From: Chloropicon primus
Lineage: Eukaryota
Direction of reading: 5' to 3'
Length of the DNA: 64,000 nt
Assembly: GCA_023205875.1 (NCBI GenBank)
Contig: CP060772.1
Span: 62,001-126,000 of the forward strand
Part shown: positions 36,356 to 48,793 of the stretch, one piece after another
Position numbering within the stretch: position 1 is the first letter of the stretch
Layout: each line of letters opens with the position of its first letter
Notes under the pieces: generated by a model
What the model was told of the DNA's origin: nothing
Databases searched by the model: none
Seen by the model: only the letters and a program-made list of their open reading frames with translations
Position numbers and translations under genes: made by a program

Positions 36356-37681
36356 TTAGCCGCAGCCCGGACAATTGTGAAGCTGCTCGTGAATGAAGAC
36401 ATCGCAGGTGATGCAGTACAGTTCCTTGCACTCTGGGCACTGCAAGGTGAGGGACTCCAGGGGCTTTCCACAAGCGCTGCAGTCCTTTGGAACGTTCGCG
36501 GCCCCTTGCTCCTGCTTTACGGGCCCGACCTCAAGAAAGAGTGGGACGGGGAAGAGGTGGTGGTAGGACCGCGCCAGGTGGGCCGAGGAGACCAGGGACA
36601 GACCGCACACGTGGCAGGCTTGCGGCAGGTCCTTGACCCTTGCCTTGCACCGCGGGCAAGTGAAGCTCTTTCCCTTGCTCAGGTCGCTCTCCGGGCCGAC
36701 GAAGCAGAGGGCATCGCCGCGAGTGCCGTGGTCACCCACAAAGTTTGGGAATCCCATTTGCACGAGGGAGCTGGGGGTCTCCTTCTCCAAGGCCGGGGGA
36801 GGCGGCGCATACTGGTCGAGCACATTCTGCAAGTGCGCTTCGCTGGTCGCCACGTGGTACTTTCCCCCCGTCTTCTCCGCCAGGGACTTGAGGACGAAGA
36901 CCTCCGCGCCCAGGCCAATCACGGAGCAGTGCATCTTGTTGGCCCTCGCTTGGTCGATCGAGGCAAAGACGTCTCCCGGGTCGCAGGTGGTCAGGCTCGT
37001 CATGAGGAAAAGGACCTCCCTGTGGCCGTAGGGCGGGACATCTCTGAGCTGCTTCAGGGAAAGGTCCAAGCAGTTTTGCACCGAGGCATCCCCGGTGCAA
37101 TCAAGGCCGAGCTTCTGTGTCCCCAGAAGCTTCAGGTGATCAATGTGCTTCTGCGGGCTTCCCGAGAGCTCAGTAATGACCTTTGCCAGGCCGTTCCTGG
37201 TGCACGACAGGGATAGCTGCGACAGGGGGTTGCTGTCGAAAAATGTGCGGACGAACCTCTGAAGCTCCTCGCTGATGACTTTCAACCTGCTTGGCCTCAT
37301 GTCACTGATCAGGCTGGCCCTCGACAAGTCGATCACGACCTGAACGAATCGAATCATCCCCCTCCGTATCCTCTTCGCGGTGCTGGCATTCGTCAAAAGC
37401 TTTTCCCTTCTCTCCCTAAGCCGCTTGTCCCTCGCTTTGGATCCGCTCACGAGCAAGTTGCCGTCCTCGTCCTCCTCTATCTCCTTCCAGGATTGGTTCA
37501 ACTCCGACAGAAACGCACTGTTCCCGGCGTCCGTTACGCCCCCGCCACTCCCCCCGCCGCCGCCGAAAGCAGACGCCATCGCCCGGTCTTCCTCCGCCCT
37601 GGAAGTCGAAGCATTCGCCCCCCTCCCCCTTGTCCCTCCCATTGTCCCCGCTTTCGTGGGCAACCTCCTCAAGGCGCTCAT
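36356..37681 (-). CDS. GTF2H2: TFIIH p44 subunit (Ssl1/GTF2H2)
   Basis: vWA 'RRGMIRFVQVVIDLS', 'TTCDPGDV', 'HLARSYHHLFP' and a C-terminal C4/RING 'CDVFIHEQLHNCPGC'. Exact start is uncertain. Confidence 0.93.
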   Translation of the reverse strand: MSALRRLPTKAGTMGGTRGRGANASTSRAEEDRAMASAFGGGGGSGGGVTDAGNSAFLSELNQSWKEIEEDEDGNLLVSGSKARDKRLRERREKLLTNASTAKRIRRGMIRFVQVVIDLSRASLISDMRPSRLKVISEELQRFVRTFFDSNPLSQLSLSCTRNGLAKVITELSGSPQKHIDHLKLLGTQKLGLDCTGDASVQNCLDLSLKQLRDVPPYGHREVLFLMTSLTTCDPGDVFASIDQARANKMHCSVIGLGAEVFVLKSLAEKTGGKYHVATSEAHLQNVLDQYAPPPPALEKETPSSLVQMGFPNFVGDHGTRGDALCFVGPESDLSKGKSFTCPRCKARVKDLPQACHVCGLSLVSSAHLARSYHHLFPVPLFLEVGPVKQEQGAANVPKDCSACGKPLESLTLQCPECKELYCITCDVFIHEQLHNCPGCG

Positions 37682-38274
37682 GTGCAGGCTCACCACCTCG
37701 TCACCCTCTCCACCACTCTCTCTCCAAGTCTCGCGTCTTCACACCCTGCACTACCACACCATTCCAATCAAACTGTTAGACAGACAGGCCGTGCGAGACA
37801 ATGACAATCCAGCTCCCTCTCTCCTTCTCTCTCCTTCTCTCTCCTCCTCTCTCCTCCCTCTCTCTCCTCCAAAGCGAAGCAATGCACAACTGCAACTCAC
37901 CTTTGTCTCCGCTTCCTCCCAATACCAAACACCTGGAGAGCAAAGAGACAGTCGAATCAATTCAGCTCCTGCACTCCTCCTCTCCTCCTCCTCTCCCTCT
38001 CTCCTCCAAAGCCAAGCAAAGCGATGCAATGCACAATGCAACTCACCTTTGGTCGCTGCTTCCTCCCAAGAGCAAACTCCTGTTTGCTTGGAACAAAGGA
38101 ATCTGTTCGAGGAATCTTCCTCTGTCACTCGTGGAGGACGAAGCCAGCGATGTCAACCACAAGACCTCGTCACGAAAAACTCCAATCCTCCCTCCCTCTC
38201 CCTCTCTCCCTCCCTCTGTTGTGTGATGATGAGGTGGGCAGACACGAGCTGATCTGAATGGGAAGGTCCTCCTC

Positions 38275-38609
38275 GATCACTCCGAGCGCCAAATGGGTCA
38301 ACCAAGGTGTCGTTGGAAAGATATCGATCTCTTGTTTCGTAATCTCGAGTCTCCTTCACCCTCCACTCCCTCCCTCTGCCGCCAGACCTCGCCAACGCGC
38401 TCTCCCTCCGTCCCCCTCCCTCCGCTGAGCCGTATGCCTCCAGTTGTGGAGGTCTCTCTGGCGAGGGACGAAAGGAGAAGGGCAGCGCGTTCGAGGGCGA
38501 GGAGGGCGGAGGAGGGGAGGGAAGGGGTCGAGTGAGGGATCACACGAAAGATCATCTCACGAGCTTTCCGTCAATACCTTCATCGACCCATTTGGCGCTC
38601 GGAGTGATC
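38275..38609. repeat. Perfect 25-bp inverted repeat pair in divergent promoter
   Basis: gatcactccgagcgccaaatgggtc (38275-38299) and its reverse complement (38585-38609). Confidence 0.85.
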
Positions 38610-38820
38610 AGCAGCAGTTGCTTGAAGTTGTTCCTTGGTTGCTTTTGGAGCGAGAGGAAAGGGTCGCCATTGAGGGGAGCGTGAGCGGCGAGGTCGAAGG
38701 AGAAAGGTCGCTGGCGCATCACGGGAGGACGTTACGTCTCACGATCTTTCGAACGAGTGGTAGCTTGACCCTCTTGGATTGTTTGGTCCTGCTAGCAGAG
38801 AGCCATTCATCATCAACATC

Positions 38821-40197
38821 ATGTCGACGACGAAGGTGGCAAGCCTGAAGCAAAAGTAAGTCACGCTGGAGTGGATGGTCGGAAATGGCAGTCATCATGA
38901 CGGATCCCTGCACCGCCACGTGTCAAATCCTCGCCCCCACGATCGTCTCCTCTCATCCAAAGGTTGCCAGGATGACCAAGCAGGGATGAGATGAGATGAG
39001 ATGAGCAAGGCAAGCAAAGTGACTGACTGACTCATGACTGGATTGGTTTTGTTTGTGTTGTTGTTTTGTTGTGTTGTGCAGCTGGAACGCGAAGACGCCA
39101 AGCGTGAAGAGGATTCTGCAGGAGGTGAAGGAACTGACCAAGCAGGTGGAGGATCTCTTGAAGGAGAGGGGAGAAGCAGAAGCGTCGGGTTCGACATCAG
39201 GCGGCGAGGGACCGGCGACTTCGAGTGGGAAGGACGCCAGTAGTGACGGGGTGGTGGTTGTCGCCGAGGCCCTGGAGGAGAACATCTTTGAGTGGCACTT
39301 TGCTATAGGTGGCCAAGTTGGGTCCGAGTTCGAAGGTGGAATCTATCACGGCAGAATACTTTTGCCTCCCGAGTATCCTTTCAAGCCACCGGTGAGTTCG
39401 TCGTTGGGAAGCGAGGTCCCCTCGATATCAACCCTTGCCTTTTGACCACTGACACCGTGCCTCGCCACTCCCTCCTGCTTTGCCTGCGACCCCAGGACTT
39501 TATGATGCTGACTGCGAGTGGGAGGTTCGAGGTCGGAAAGAGAATCTGCTTGTCGATATCTCGGCACCATCCCGAGCACTGGCAGCCGTCTTGGTCCGTT
39601 AGAACAGCGCTCACTGCACTGATTGCTTTCATGCCCACGCCTGGTCACGGTAAGTGAGGAAGGGCACAGGGAGAGAGAGAGAGAGTCGTTCGTACGTCAT
39701 TGCTTTCATGATCGAAGATGGACGCGCTGGACATCAACTGATGCTTTCTCCTTCCCCATGGTGTCGTCTTGTGGAACCCCGCAGGCGCGCTCGGCTCGCT
39801 TCAGTACACCGAGGAGGAGAAGAAGGCGCTGGCAGCGAAAAGTAGATCGAAGGCTCCGAAGTTTGGGGCGAAAGAGAGGCAGGAAGTCACCGATCGAATC
39901 CACGAGAAGATGATCAAACTGGTCCCACCCTCGAAGAGAGCGGCCGGTGAGGAGGAGGCCAAGGCAAGGAGCGAGGCCACGGAGCCGACGGCGACAGGGA
40001 CCGTGGGAGGAGACGACGGTCAAGGAGCAGCCGCTGCGAAGGAGGTCGGGGCCCGACCCCCGCAAGAGCGATTGGGGCCCGTTCGACCACCGCCACGACG
40101 GGGTGCGGGGGATACCCTGCTCAGCATGATTTTCTGGATTCTGGTGGCTCTGGCCACCTGCGCCATCCTGAAGAACTTGGCAAAGGAGCTCCTTTAA
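38821..40197 (+). CDS. UBE2J1: ER-anchored ubiquitin-conjugating enzyme E2 (UBE2J1/UBC32-like), 4 exons
   Basis: 'NAKTPSVKRILQE', 'EWHFAI...FEGGIYHGRILLPPEYPFKPP', 'ICLSISRHHPEHWQPSWSVRTAL' and a C-terminal TM segment. Confidence 0.9.
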
Positions 40198-40694
40198 GAA
40201 GTAGATTTACACTTCTTGTGTGATGGAACAGATTCTTGCCGTCTCCGTTCTTGTGATGCAGCAGACTCGTGACGTACAGGAGGACTCTGCTCCTCCTGTC
40301 TCCATCATCCTCGTTCTCATCCATCCCCTTCCCCCTCGTCCCCTTCCCCGTTCTCACCAAGTGCTGGCTCTTTGGAAAGAGCAAGAGAGATCAAGAGATC
40401 AGGAGAGAACAGACCATTGATGAGATCAATCAACCCCTTCCTCCCCCTCTCCCTCCCTCCCTCCCTTCATCACCATCACCATCATCCCCCTCCTCATCTC
40501 CTCTGGATCAGATCTGCCAATTCTCTATTTTTTTGAGGACTCTTGAGGACGAGGAGGAGGAGGATGGCGCCGCAACCGAACCCGCCGCTTTGACGCACGA
40601 CGACGACCGCCGCCGCCAACCTCTCCGCCTCCTCCATTCTTCCTTCCCTTCCTTCCTTTCTTCTTCTTCTTTCCATCCATCCAAGCACCTCTCC

Positions 40695-42060
40695 ATGAGG
40701 CCGAGGAACGAGCATGAGGAGGAAGGGAAGCGTTTCGAGGGGGTACCTCATGCCATGGAGAGGTTCAAGTGGAGGAGGAGGAGGAGAAGTTACGAACTTC
40801 GCGAGAATGTAACGCCCGCGACCTGCTTGCGTCATTCTGTGAAGCACAAGTGTGCCAGGATCCGTCAAGCAGTCGTCCAAAACACAAACCTTCATGTCAG
40901 ACACCTCTTGTCTGGTGCCAGTGCATCCGTGGTAGCGAGAACGATCTTAGCGCCTCTGGAAAGAATCAAGGTAAGTGCCGTGCCATGCCGTGTCATGACA
41001 TCGAGCAGGAAGAGGAGCATCTTTTGCGTCCACAAGGAATGGCATGAAACGCTCGCTCAAAGCATCTGCTTCTGACTTTTCATCTCTGGGCTGTGTCTGT
41101 GTGTCTGTGTGTGTCTGTGTGACTTGTGGGAACCCTCAGGTGGAGCTGCAGATCAATCAAAGGCCAGGTGGTGCTCTGAAAACCTTTGGAAGCATTGTGG
41201 CAAAGGAAGGACCTCTTGGGTTGTGGAAAGGGAACGCGTTGAACTTGTTGAGAACGGCGCCTTATCGGTCGATCAATTACTATACCTACGACAACACGCG
41301 TGCGTTCATACTGAAGATCACCAAGGAAAGGGAGCTCAGCAATTTGCAAAGGTTGCTGGCGGGAGCAACGGCGGGGTGTGTTGCAATTGCGGTTTGCTTT
41401 CCTCTGGACGTGTTGAGGACGCGGATGCTGAGCAAGGGCAACGAGAGTTACTACAGGAAAGGCGTGTTGTCGACTCTGGCCCACATTGTGAAAGGGGAGG
41501 GCCCTTTGGCACTGTACGCCGGAGTGATACCCGCGTTGGCATCGGTTGGGCCGTCCAACGCGGTGTTCTACACGGTGTACGACCTCCTGAAGACAAATCA
41601 TCTGAACGCGAGGAGGAAAGTCCTGGAGTGGAACGAGCCGTCGAAACGAGCGCGGTCAGCACCGCCATCGCCACCATCTGCGTCATCGGGGACAGGGACG
41701 GTGGCAGGGCGTGACGCTTCCAAGGAAGAGGGCGTCATGGAAGCGATGGACCCCAGGTTCAACCTCCTTTACGGGGGCCTGGCGGGAATCTGCGCGGAGA
41801 CTTCGGTGTACCCCCTCGAGGTGCTGAGGAGGAGGCTGCAGCTCATCCAAGCGGCCACCAGGAGCGGCCACTTCGGCAGCGTGCGGGCCTTTGGAAACCT
41901 CAGCTCCATGTCCAAACTTCTGGAGATCATCTTGAAGCGAGATGGATTCAAGGGCCTGTACGCGGGCGTCCTCCCAACCATTTGCCAGGTCCTGCCCAGC
42001 GCCGCGATAAGCTACTACATCTTCGAGCTGTGCAAGAAGAGGCTGGAAGTTTATAAGTAA
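40695..42060 (+). CDS. Mitochondrial carrier family (SLC25) protein
   Basis: Three PX[DE]XX[KR] motifs (APLERIK, FPLDVLR, YPLEVLR). Intron starts at 40971. Confidence 0.9.
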
Positions 42061-42560
42061 CAATAGAACCATAGGGAAACCATAGTATACCATTCCATTC
42101 GCTTCACCCACGCCATGACTCCGCATTACCTTGACAATCCAACCACCAAGGCGAGACTGAGACCTCCCTCCACCCAAAAGTTCCTCGTTTCCCGCCATCA
42201 TGACAGCTTTTTTTTTCTGTTTCAGTTGATTGAGGGCGGAGGACGTCGAGGGGAGGGAGAGGAGGGGTAGACAGGCCAATAGATCGAAACATCGTCTCAC
42301 GATCTTTCGAACGACCTATCGCTTGACTCGTTTGACAACCGGAGTCGTCCAAGAGGTGGAGTTTGATCGCATCATCCCAAGCAGAAGCTTGTGAGTTCAC
42401 CCTCATCATCTCCGCGAGAGAGAGAGAGAGAGAAGGAGGGGGAGGGCGTCGGCGGTGAGCGGAGGGTCGAGGGGATCGCGGCGGCCAAGGCCAGTCCATC
42501 CATCTCGAGCCTTTCCACGGAATCGAAAAGGTTTGCGAGAGATTCGATCGAACGAGAAGG

Positions 42561-44119
42561 ATGAGGATGAATCTCCCTGGCGAGGAGAGTGGGAAGAAGG
42601 TGAACAGGTACAAGGGTCTGGAGGGTCTGTTGTCGACGAAGAGGAATGAGAATGGCAAGGATGCGTCGGGTGGAGGGTCTCTGCTCGAAAAGGGAAGAGG
42701 GTTCGACCTCAAGGGGGCCATCAAAGCGGCAGAGAAGGCGGTTGTGGCGGCACCGCAGTTGGTGCATCAGGAGGGGCAAGACCAAGGGGAAGGGGAGAGA
42801 GGTGGGAGGACGGGGGAGAAGCACGAGAGGGCCTCCTCGTCGACCTCTCTCCAAGGGAGCAAGAGACTGAAGAGGATTCACTCCCTTCCCATGGACTGGA
42901 GCTTGAAAAAGGTGAGGTCGGGCTTTGCGCGCTCGAGCGTCCTTGCGGAGAGAAGAACTGACCAACCCAATTCTTTTTGCAGAGAGTGCACTTCGAGTCC
43001 AGCACGCCATTCGAGTGCTTTATGAATAGTTTCAACTTGGCTCCGGATCTGAACCACCAGGCGATGAGGTCGTTCACCAGCGGCAACAGGCGAAGCCGGG
43101 ACGCCAACCAGATGTTCCTTCAGAGTCTCTACACGTGGATCTTCCCCTTGAACTCGTTCGAGCTGAGCTCCAAGTTTTCGTTGACCATGGCGGCGAGCGA
43201 GGGGAACGCCAGGGGAAGCAGCAACACGGAGGCGGCCAACATGGATGCGAACCGGGATCAGGAGAGGTTGGACAACTTTAGAATCTTGCAACAGCAGCGA
43301 ATGATGAGGTTCAAAATGTTTCGAGAGGGTCTCCGTGACTTGGTTTACTCTCTCTACGCCGGCTTGTGCTCAGCGTTTTACGTCATTCCCCCGCCCGGGT
43401 CATCGGACAGCTTCACCTGCCTCTTTCAGGGCCGGGACATCGATGGGGGCCGGGGGGTCAGAGCAACGCTGAGCGGTGCGAGCGATGGCATGATTGAGTT
43501 GCTCCGGGAGGACTTTGGGTTGGAGCCTGTTGTGTGTGGCTTGGGGGAGAGGGGGAAGAGAATCGCAGACAAGCTGAAGATGGCCGGCGGGGATGGGCAC
43601 AAGGTCCTTCTGTTCCTTGGGAGGGAGCAGGTTCACGGGCTCTTTGACTTTTTGATCACCACCTGTGGCAAAACGTATCACAAGCAGAGAGATGTGCCGA
43701 CCCTGTTGGCCCCCGTGCCCTTTGAGGGCTCAAGCGTGAAGCGTTACGCTGGGGTGTACAGGAAGAACACTCTTCTGAAACACAAGCACGAGAGGGGGCT
43801 TCAAACCTTCACCTTAACCTTTCAGGACGACGGAGGTCTCTTCCTGCCTCCCTGGGTGGTCGATCGGCTCTGCACAACCTTTCGCAAGACCCAAAGTTCC
43901 TTCTCGATGACCAGTGATTCGGGGGTCGACTTCAAAACAACGTCGTTGCAGTGTGGTGGTGGCGAGGACGGCAACAACAACGAGGACGTGAACGAGCGTG
44001 GAGAGGAAAGGTCGGAGTATGGAGGCGGGTTCTGGGACACGGAAGAGTGCGACAAGTGGCAGGAACGAGGAGGCAACATTGCGAACCTTCAGTGCGAGAA
44101 AGGTGTGTTTGTAATTTAG
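42561..44119 (+). CDS. DONSON: DONSON-like replisome factor (2 exons)
   Basis: Spliced 'LPMDWSLKK|RVHFESSTPF', 'QSLYTWIFP', 'VHGLFDFL' and 'DVPTLLAPVPFEG' match remembered DONSON blocks. Confidence 0.8.
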
Positions 44120-44136
44120 GCTTTCGTGTGTGCATT

Positions 44137-45954
44137 TCACAACGCGGTCTTCCAGGTCTTGCTGAACATGGCGAGGGTGCTTGGAAAGAGCTCGACCATG
44201 ACTTCAGGGCTGCTCCCTCGCTGCAAGCACTCCTCGAGCAAGTAAAGCTCCTCGAGAAGGGTCCGGACAGCTTTGGCAGACTTCATCAGCTTTGGTTGGA
44301 TCTCCCCCAATTCCCCCAGAAGGAACTGGTGCGTGCAAGCCGGGTCCCTGAATTCGTTTTGGAGGTTCACGAGCTCCTCCATCTCCCTCGCCAGCCCTTT
44401 GATCCTCTCCTCCACTGTCCTGGCCCCTGGACTGAGATTCGCGTTCCCGGCGCCCCGTTTCATCTTCCCTCTCCTGTACGCGGTGTACCTCGCGCTCATG
44501 GAATCCCCCTTCATGTAGACATCGCCGTTGAACCTCTGGATGGCATCCCTGAAGATCTTGTCCCGCCGCTTGTTCCATTCTCCCATGGACGAACAGCCCT
44601 CCAGCAGCTGGTTTTCGATGAATTTCCTCACCCTCGGTATGTTTTTCACATCGTGGTCCCACACCATGTGCTGCAGCAGCAGGCAGTCTATTTTGTTTAC
44701 GAACCTCCTTCCGTTCAGACAGGCGCACACGCGGAGCACCTGGACAATTTGAACGAGCCTCCTGTCCGACAAGCTCACGTCGAGGGCGTCTCTCAGAAAT
44801 ACCCTGAGCTTCTTGAGGAGGTCGACCACGCTCTCTGGGACGGACACGTGTTGCTGACTGTATTCCTTGATTCGAAGGATGTCCGATCGCTTCAAGAAGG
44901 CCAGGGACTCTTCGCCTCCGGTCTGGCCTGAGGATGGCGAGCCCGAGCTGCTGTTGTGCATCATTTGAAGCATCGTGACGAGCTCCTCGCCCTGCAGTGG
45001 CTTCATCGGCAGTCGAATCAAGATACGGTCGAACAGGGCGTGGACAGAAGTATCGTTGGCCGGAGGTATCTCGTTCGAGCTGAAGATGCACATCAGGAGC
45101 GGAACTTTATCGGGAAGCTCGCAGGACCCGTCCTCGCAAAAAGTTCTTTCGTTCAAAATCGTCAGCAAGGAGTTCAAAATCGAGGACGAGGCCTTGAAGG
45201 CCTCGTCCAGAAAGGCCAGCGTCGCACCGGGAAGGTACGCCTCCGTCAGTCTCACGTGGGCATCCTTCTGCAGACCTTTCACACTCAAAGGCCCAAAGAG
45301 CTCCTCCGGCGTCGTGAACCGATTCAGTTGCCTCCTGAAAGTGTACACTTGCTCCGCGTCGTCCCCACCCCTGTCGAGTATCTCCAGAACGCAGTCGGAC
45401 AGGAGGGACTTCCCTATCCCTGACGGACCCAGCAGCAGCACGTGCTGCTGACTGAAGAGGGAAAGCAAAAGCAAGCGGATCTCCCTTTCCCGCCCAGTGA
45501 CCCTCTTCTTCATCAGAGTCTCAAAATCGTCAAGCTTCGTCCTCACTTCACTTATGAACCCGCTCAAGTCCTCCTCCCCAGCTCCCAAGCCAGTCGACGT
45601 CGTCGCCGATTCCTCCGCCGTTCCCTCAGATTCCTGTCCCGCAGGCCGAATCGTGATCAAGTTCTCCGACAAGAAAGCATCGAGACGCTCCCTCGACTCC
45701 CTTCGCGTCTCCTCCGCCTCCTTCCTCACCCTCTCCACCTCCTCTCTCTCCACGTCCTCCCCTCCTCGAGGCTTCTCCCCTCTCCTGTTCAGCTCGATGA
45801 TCACCTCTCGGTCGCTGGGCTTGCTCCTCGGACGATAACGCGGCCTCAGCCGCCATCGCGCACCTCCTTGCCCTCGCCCTCGGCTCCATCCCCCCACACG
45901 CCCCGCACAAGGTGCCTGGAGTCGGAGCCTCATTCGGTTCACTTTCGCCATCAT
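44137..45954 (-). CDS. ravA: RavA-type MoxR AAA+ ATPase with organellar targeting extension
   Basis: 'LLGPSGIGKS', 'RFTTPEELFGPLS', 'YLPGATLAFLDEAFKASSSILNSLLTILNER' and 'LSDRRLVQ'. Confidence 0.88.
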   Translation of the reverse strand: MMAKVNRMRLRLQAPCAGRVGGWSRGRGQGGARWRLRPRYRPRSKPSDREVIIELNRRGEKPRGGEDVEREEVERVRKEAEETRRESRERLDAFLSENLITIRPAGQESEGTAEESATTSTGLGAGEEDLSGFISEVRTKLDDFETLMKKRVTGREREIRLLLLSLFSQQHVLLLGPSGIGKSLLSDCVLEILDRGGDDAEQVYTFRRQLNRFTTPEELFGPLSVKGLQKDAHVRLTEAYLPGATLAFLDEAFKASSSILNSLLTILNERTFCEDGSCELPDKVPLLMCIFSSNEIPPANDTSVHALFDRILIRLPMKPLQGEELVTMLQMMHNSSSGSPSSGQTGGEESLAFLKRSDILRIKEYSQQHVSVPESVVDLLKKLRVFLRDALDVSLSDRRLVQIVQVLRVCACLNGRRFVNKIDCLLLQHMVWDHDVKNIPRVRKFIENQLLEGCSSMGEWNKRRDKIFRDAIQRFNGDVYMKGDSMSARYTAYRRGKMKRGAGNANLSPGARTVEERIKGLAREMEELVNLQNEFRDPACTHQFLLGELGEIQPKLMKSAKAVRTLLEELYLLEECLQRGSSPEVMVELFPSTLAMFSKTWKTAL

Positions 45955-46327
45955 CGCAAGACAACCGACCGAGGAAACCTCAAACCTGGGCAAGTGAGGG
46001 GTCTATGGAAAGCCCTCGAATCGTAGTTTCCAGAAATGGAGCCATCGCTCTCCTCCTCTCGTTCTCTCGTCCTATGTAACCCCTCAATCGTCCTCCGAGC
46101 ACCTCAATCTCTCAATCCCCTCTCACAGAGAGAGATTGGCAGCAGCAGCAGCAGCAGATGATGATGATGATGATGGAGGAGGAGATGATGATCAGGACCA
46201 GGGAGGGCTTGATGAGGTGTCGAAGCATTTCCTCTCTTTTCTCTCTTCCTCTCTCTCTCTCTTTCTCTCTGTGCCTGCCTGCCTCTCTCTCCATCCATGA
46301 AGAAGGATACATGTTACTGTTACAGTT

Positions 46328-47551
46328 TTACAGGGCCAGAAACTTTTGCATGGCTTGGTCCACTTGCGACTCAAAGTTCATGGCCGGTGGAGCCGCACCT
46401 CCGCCGCTTCCCGCTGACCCTTCCTTCGATGCCCTCCCCTTGCCCTTCTTCTTCGCTTTCTTCTTGTGAAGATGATTGTACTTCTTTCCTCCCCTCAGAG
46501 CCAGCAAGTCCAGCTCACACTTGCGGCAGTGACAATCAAAGTGGTAGTTTCTCTTGAGTTCCTTCCGACGGTGCGCCCCAGGCTTTGTCTCGTCGATGTA
46601 GCTGATCGTCAGCTCCTCCCCTTGATCGACATCGCGCAGGAGACTGACTTCGCAGGCACCGCTCGACCTCGACATCACACAAGTCGGTTCGCAAGAGTGA
46701 TTAAACATGGAAGCTTCCAAGTAGACCTCGCGCCCCAGCATTACGTCTCTCTGGGGACCCCGCTGCTGTTGGCTGCTGCCATTCACACCGCCACTTGCTT
46801 CACCTCTGGGGGCGTCACCCTCGCCCCCTTCAGCACTGGTGCTTGGACCTTGGTCCCCTGCTTCTGCCGCCTCTTCGAAGATTCCGAAACAGTTGGACTC
46901 GATGCGGCTCGCGTGGTGCACGAGCTCGTCCAAGGGGAGGGGAGCTTCCTCGTGGTGCCTTTGCATCTGCTTCCTAAGGAAGGAGCAAGCATCCTTCAAG
47001 TCTTTCTTTGAACGTGGCAGGAGGTCATCAGCGTGGCTCTGCAGGTGGTTGAACAGTTCGTAAGCGGTGCCCCCGCCGCCGCCTCGCCGCGATGGTTCGG
47101 CCTCCACGCGCTTGAGTAAGACGGCGAGAAGTATCTTGATGATGCTCTCCATATCACCATTGAACTTGGAGCTCCCAAAACCGCTCAAGATCTTGCAGTG
47201 GAGAAGCGAGTGACCCCCACTCCGCTTGTGAGCCTCTCGGCATGCTTCGCTGCAATACCACGCTTGCTCGCAGTCCCTGCAATGAATGTGGAGGCGTTTC
47301 TTCGCGTCCTTGAAGCAAAAACTGCAGACTCTCTTCTTGTAATTGCCCAGGATGCCTCTCTCGAAAGTATCGGTCCTCAAGACGACATCATCTTGCTTCA
47401 AGCTCGCTCCTGCTACGAGGTACCTCCCCCTGGCCTCGTCGAAGGACACAACCGCAACCGGTTCTCCATCTTTGCACTCGACGCTTCCGGTGACCAGCTT
47501 CTCGTACAATGGTAGCCCGCAAAGGAGCCCTTTCACGCCGGCCTCCTCCAT
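46328..47551 (-). CDS. SET-MYND (SMYD) lysine methyltransferase
   Basis: 'RGRYLVA', MYND CxxC..CxxC..YCSxxC..H, 'SMFNHSCEP', 'GEELTISYI' and post-SET 'FDCHCRKC'. Confidence 0.9.
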   Translation of the reverse strand: MEEAGVKGLLCGLPLYEKLVTGSVECKDGEPVAVVSFDEARGRYLVAGASLKQDDVVLRTDTFERGILGNYKKRVCSFCFKDAKKRLHIHCRDCEQAWYCSEACREAHKRSGGHSLLHCKILSGFGSSKFNGDMESIIKILLAVLLKRVEAEPSRRGGGGGTAYELFNHLQSHADDLLPRSKKDLKDACSFLRKQMQRHHEEAPLPLDELVHHASRIESNCFGIFEEAAEAGDQGPSTSAEGGEGDAPRGEASGGVNGSSQQQRGPQRDVMLGREVYLEASMFNHSCEPTCVMSRSSGACEVSLLRDVDQGEELTISYIDETKPGAHRRKELKRNYHFDCHCRKCELDLLALRGGKKYNHLHKKKAKKKGKGRASKEGSAGSGGGAAPPAMNFESQVDQAMQKFLAL

Positions 47552-48793
47552 GGCTAGCTCATCGCCGGTACCCACTTGAGCTCTGCTGCACCGCGAGGCC
47601 TCAACACCTGGCTGCTCTCGACCCACTCTCTCTTATATCGATACAAGTTTGATACAAGTTTGTGTTTCAGGCCAAGGTACAGGCAGGTGATGGGCGAGCT
47701 GGCTTGGTGGCCTCTCTCCTCGACAACGCGAAGCCAATCCAAGGGCCACTTGGCCTTCCTAGGTTCAGCAGGTCGGCCACCACCAGTGCACCGCGACAGA
47801 CAAGAGTAAGGGACACAGAGACCAACCTTGTTTCAGACTCTCAAAACCTTCACCAGGGCAGAAGTCATGGCAAGTGAGTGCTCTTTAGAGAGATTAGATC
47901 ACGATCCTTTCATCCACGCCTCCTCAATCCCTCTCAGACCCCTGCCTCGTCGCCCTCACCCGCCTGTGTACCTGCCATAACAACCAAAACCAGTGGGAAA
48001 GGACGACGTCTCAGTCTCTCAAGTCCTCACCAGAGCTCTGTTTCTTCAAGCGCAGGCTCTTTCGAAAGAGGAGAAGACACCGAATCCTTCTTTATCCACC
48101 TCCTGCTTCCCTTTCCCCCCATTGCCCTCCAATTCCTCCCTCAACTCACCTTTGTGGCACCACAGAGCTCAACCCAATCTACCCCCAAAAAGCATGCCAG
48201 AGTCCTCCATAAATCATCCTCAGAGGAGCTCGTGGCTGCTGACAAAAGGAACTGAAAGGTGAGTCCCGGAGCTACAAGCCGTCTTCCGAGAAGCAATACG
48301 GGATCATCCCCCACACTCCATTATTGCAAAGGTGGCATCTTTGTCATCCACTCGGGTTGAACTTTCCTTCTGTCTGCACCTTTGTGCCTGGGTAAACCGC
48401 TTGGGTGGGTTGCCCCTTGGTGGTGGTGTCACTTTCATATCGGTTCAAGGTGCTTGAGGTTGCCCCCGTTGCCTCACAAGGCTCAGCAGTGATCCAGCAG
48501 CAGCATCGTGTTACTGACTCATACTTTGTTGCAGACTTTGGGCCCGAGAGAGGGAGGAGAAGAGGTTGGTTGCCGAGTCTGGTGGAAGGGAGAGCAGAGC
48601 TAGGTTGAGGGCTGCTGCTGTGGTGGGCAGGACAGAGAGGGTGAAGCAGGGGGAACGAGTTTCTGTTGAGGTGGTAGGGACAGAGATCTTGGACAAAGCT
48701 TCTCCTGGTCTACTGGGAGGGGTGGAGGGCGGGTATCGTTTCGGTTGCCCTTATTGTTCTTGTGGTGTTTGTGTGTGTGTGTTCTGACGAGTC

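Noticed and set aside
42912..42982. Apparent frameshift in DONSON
   Set aside because: Explained by a GTGAG...CAG intron.
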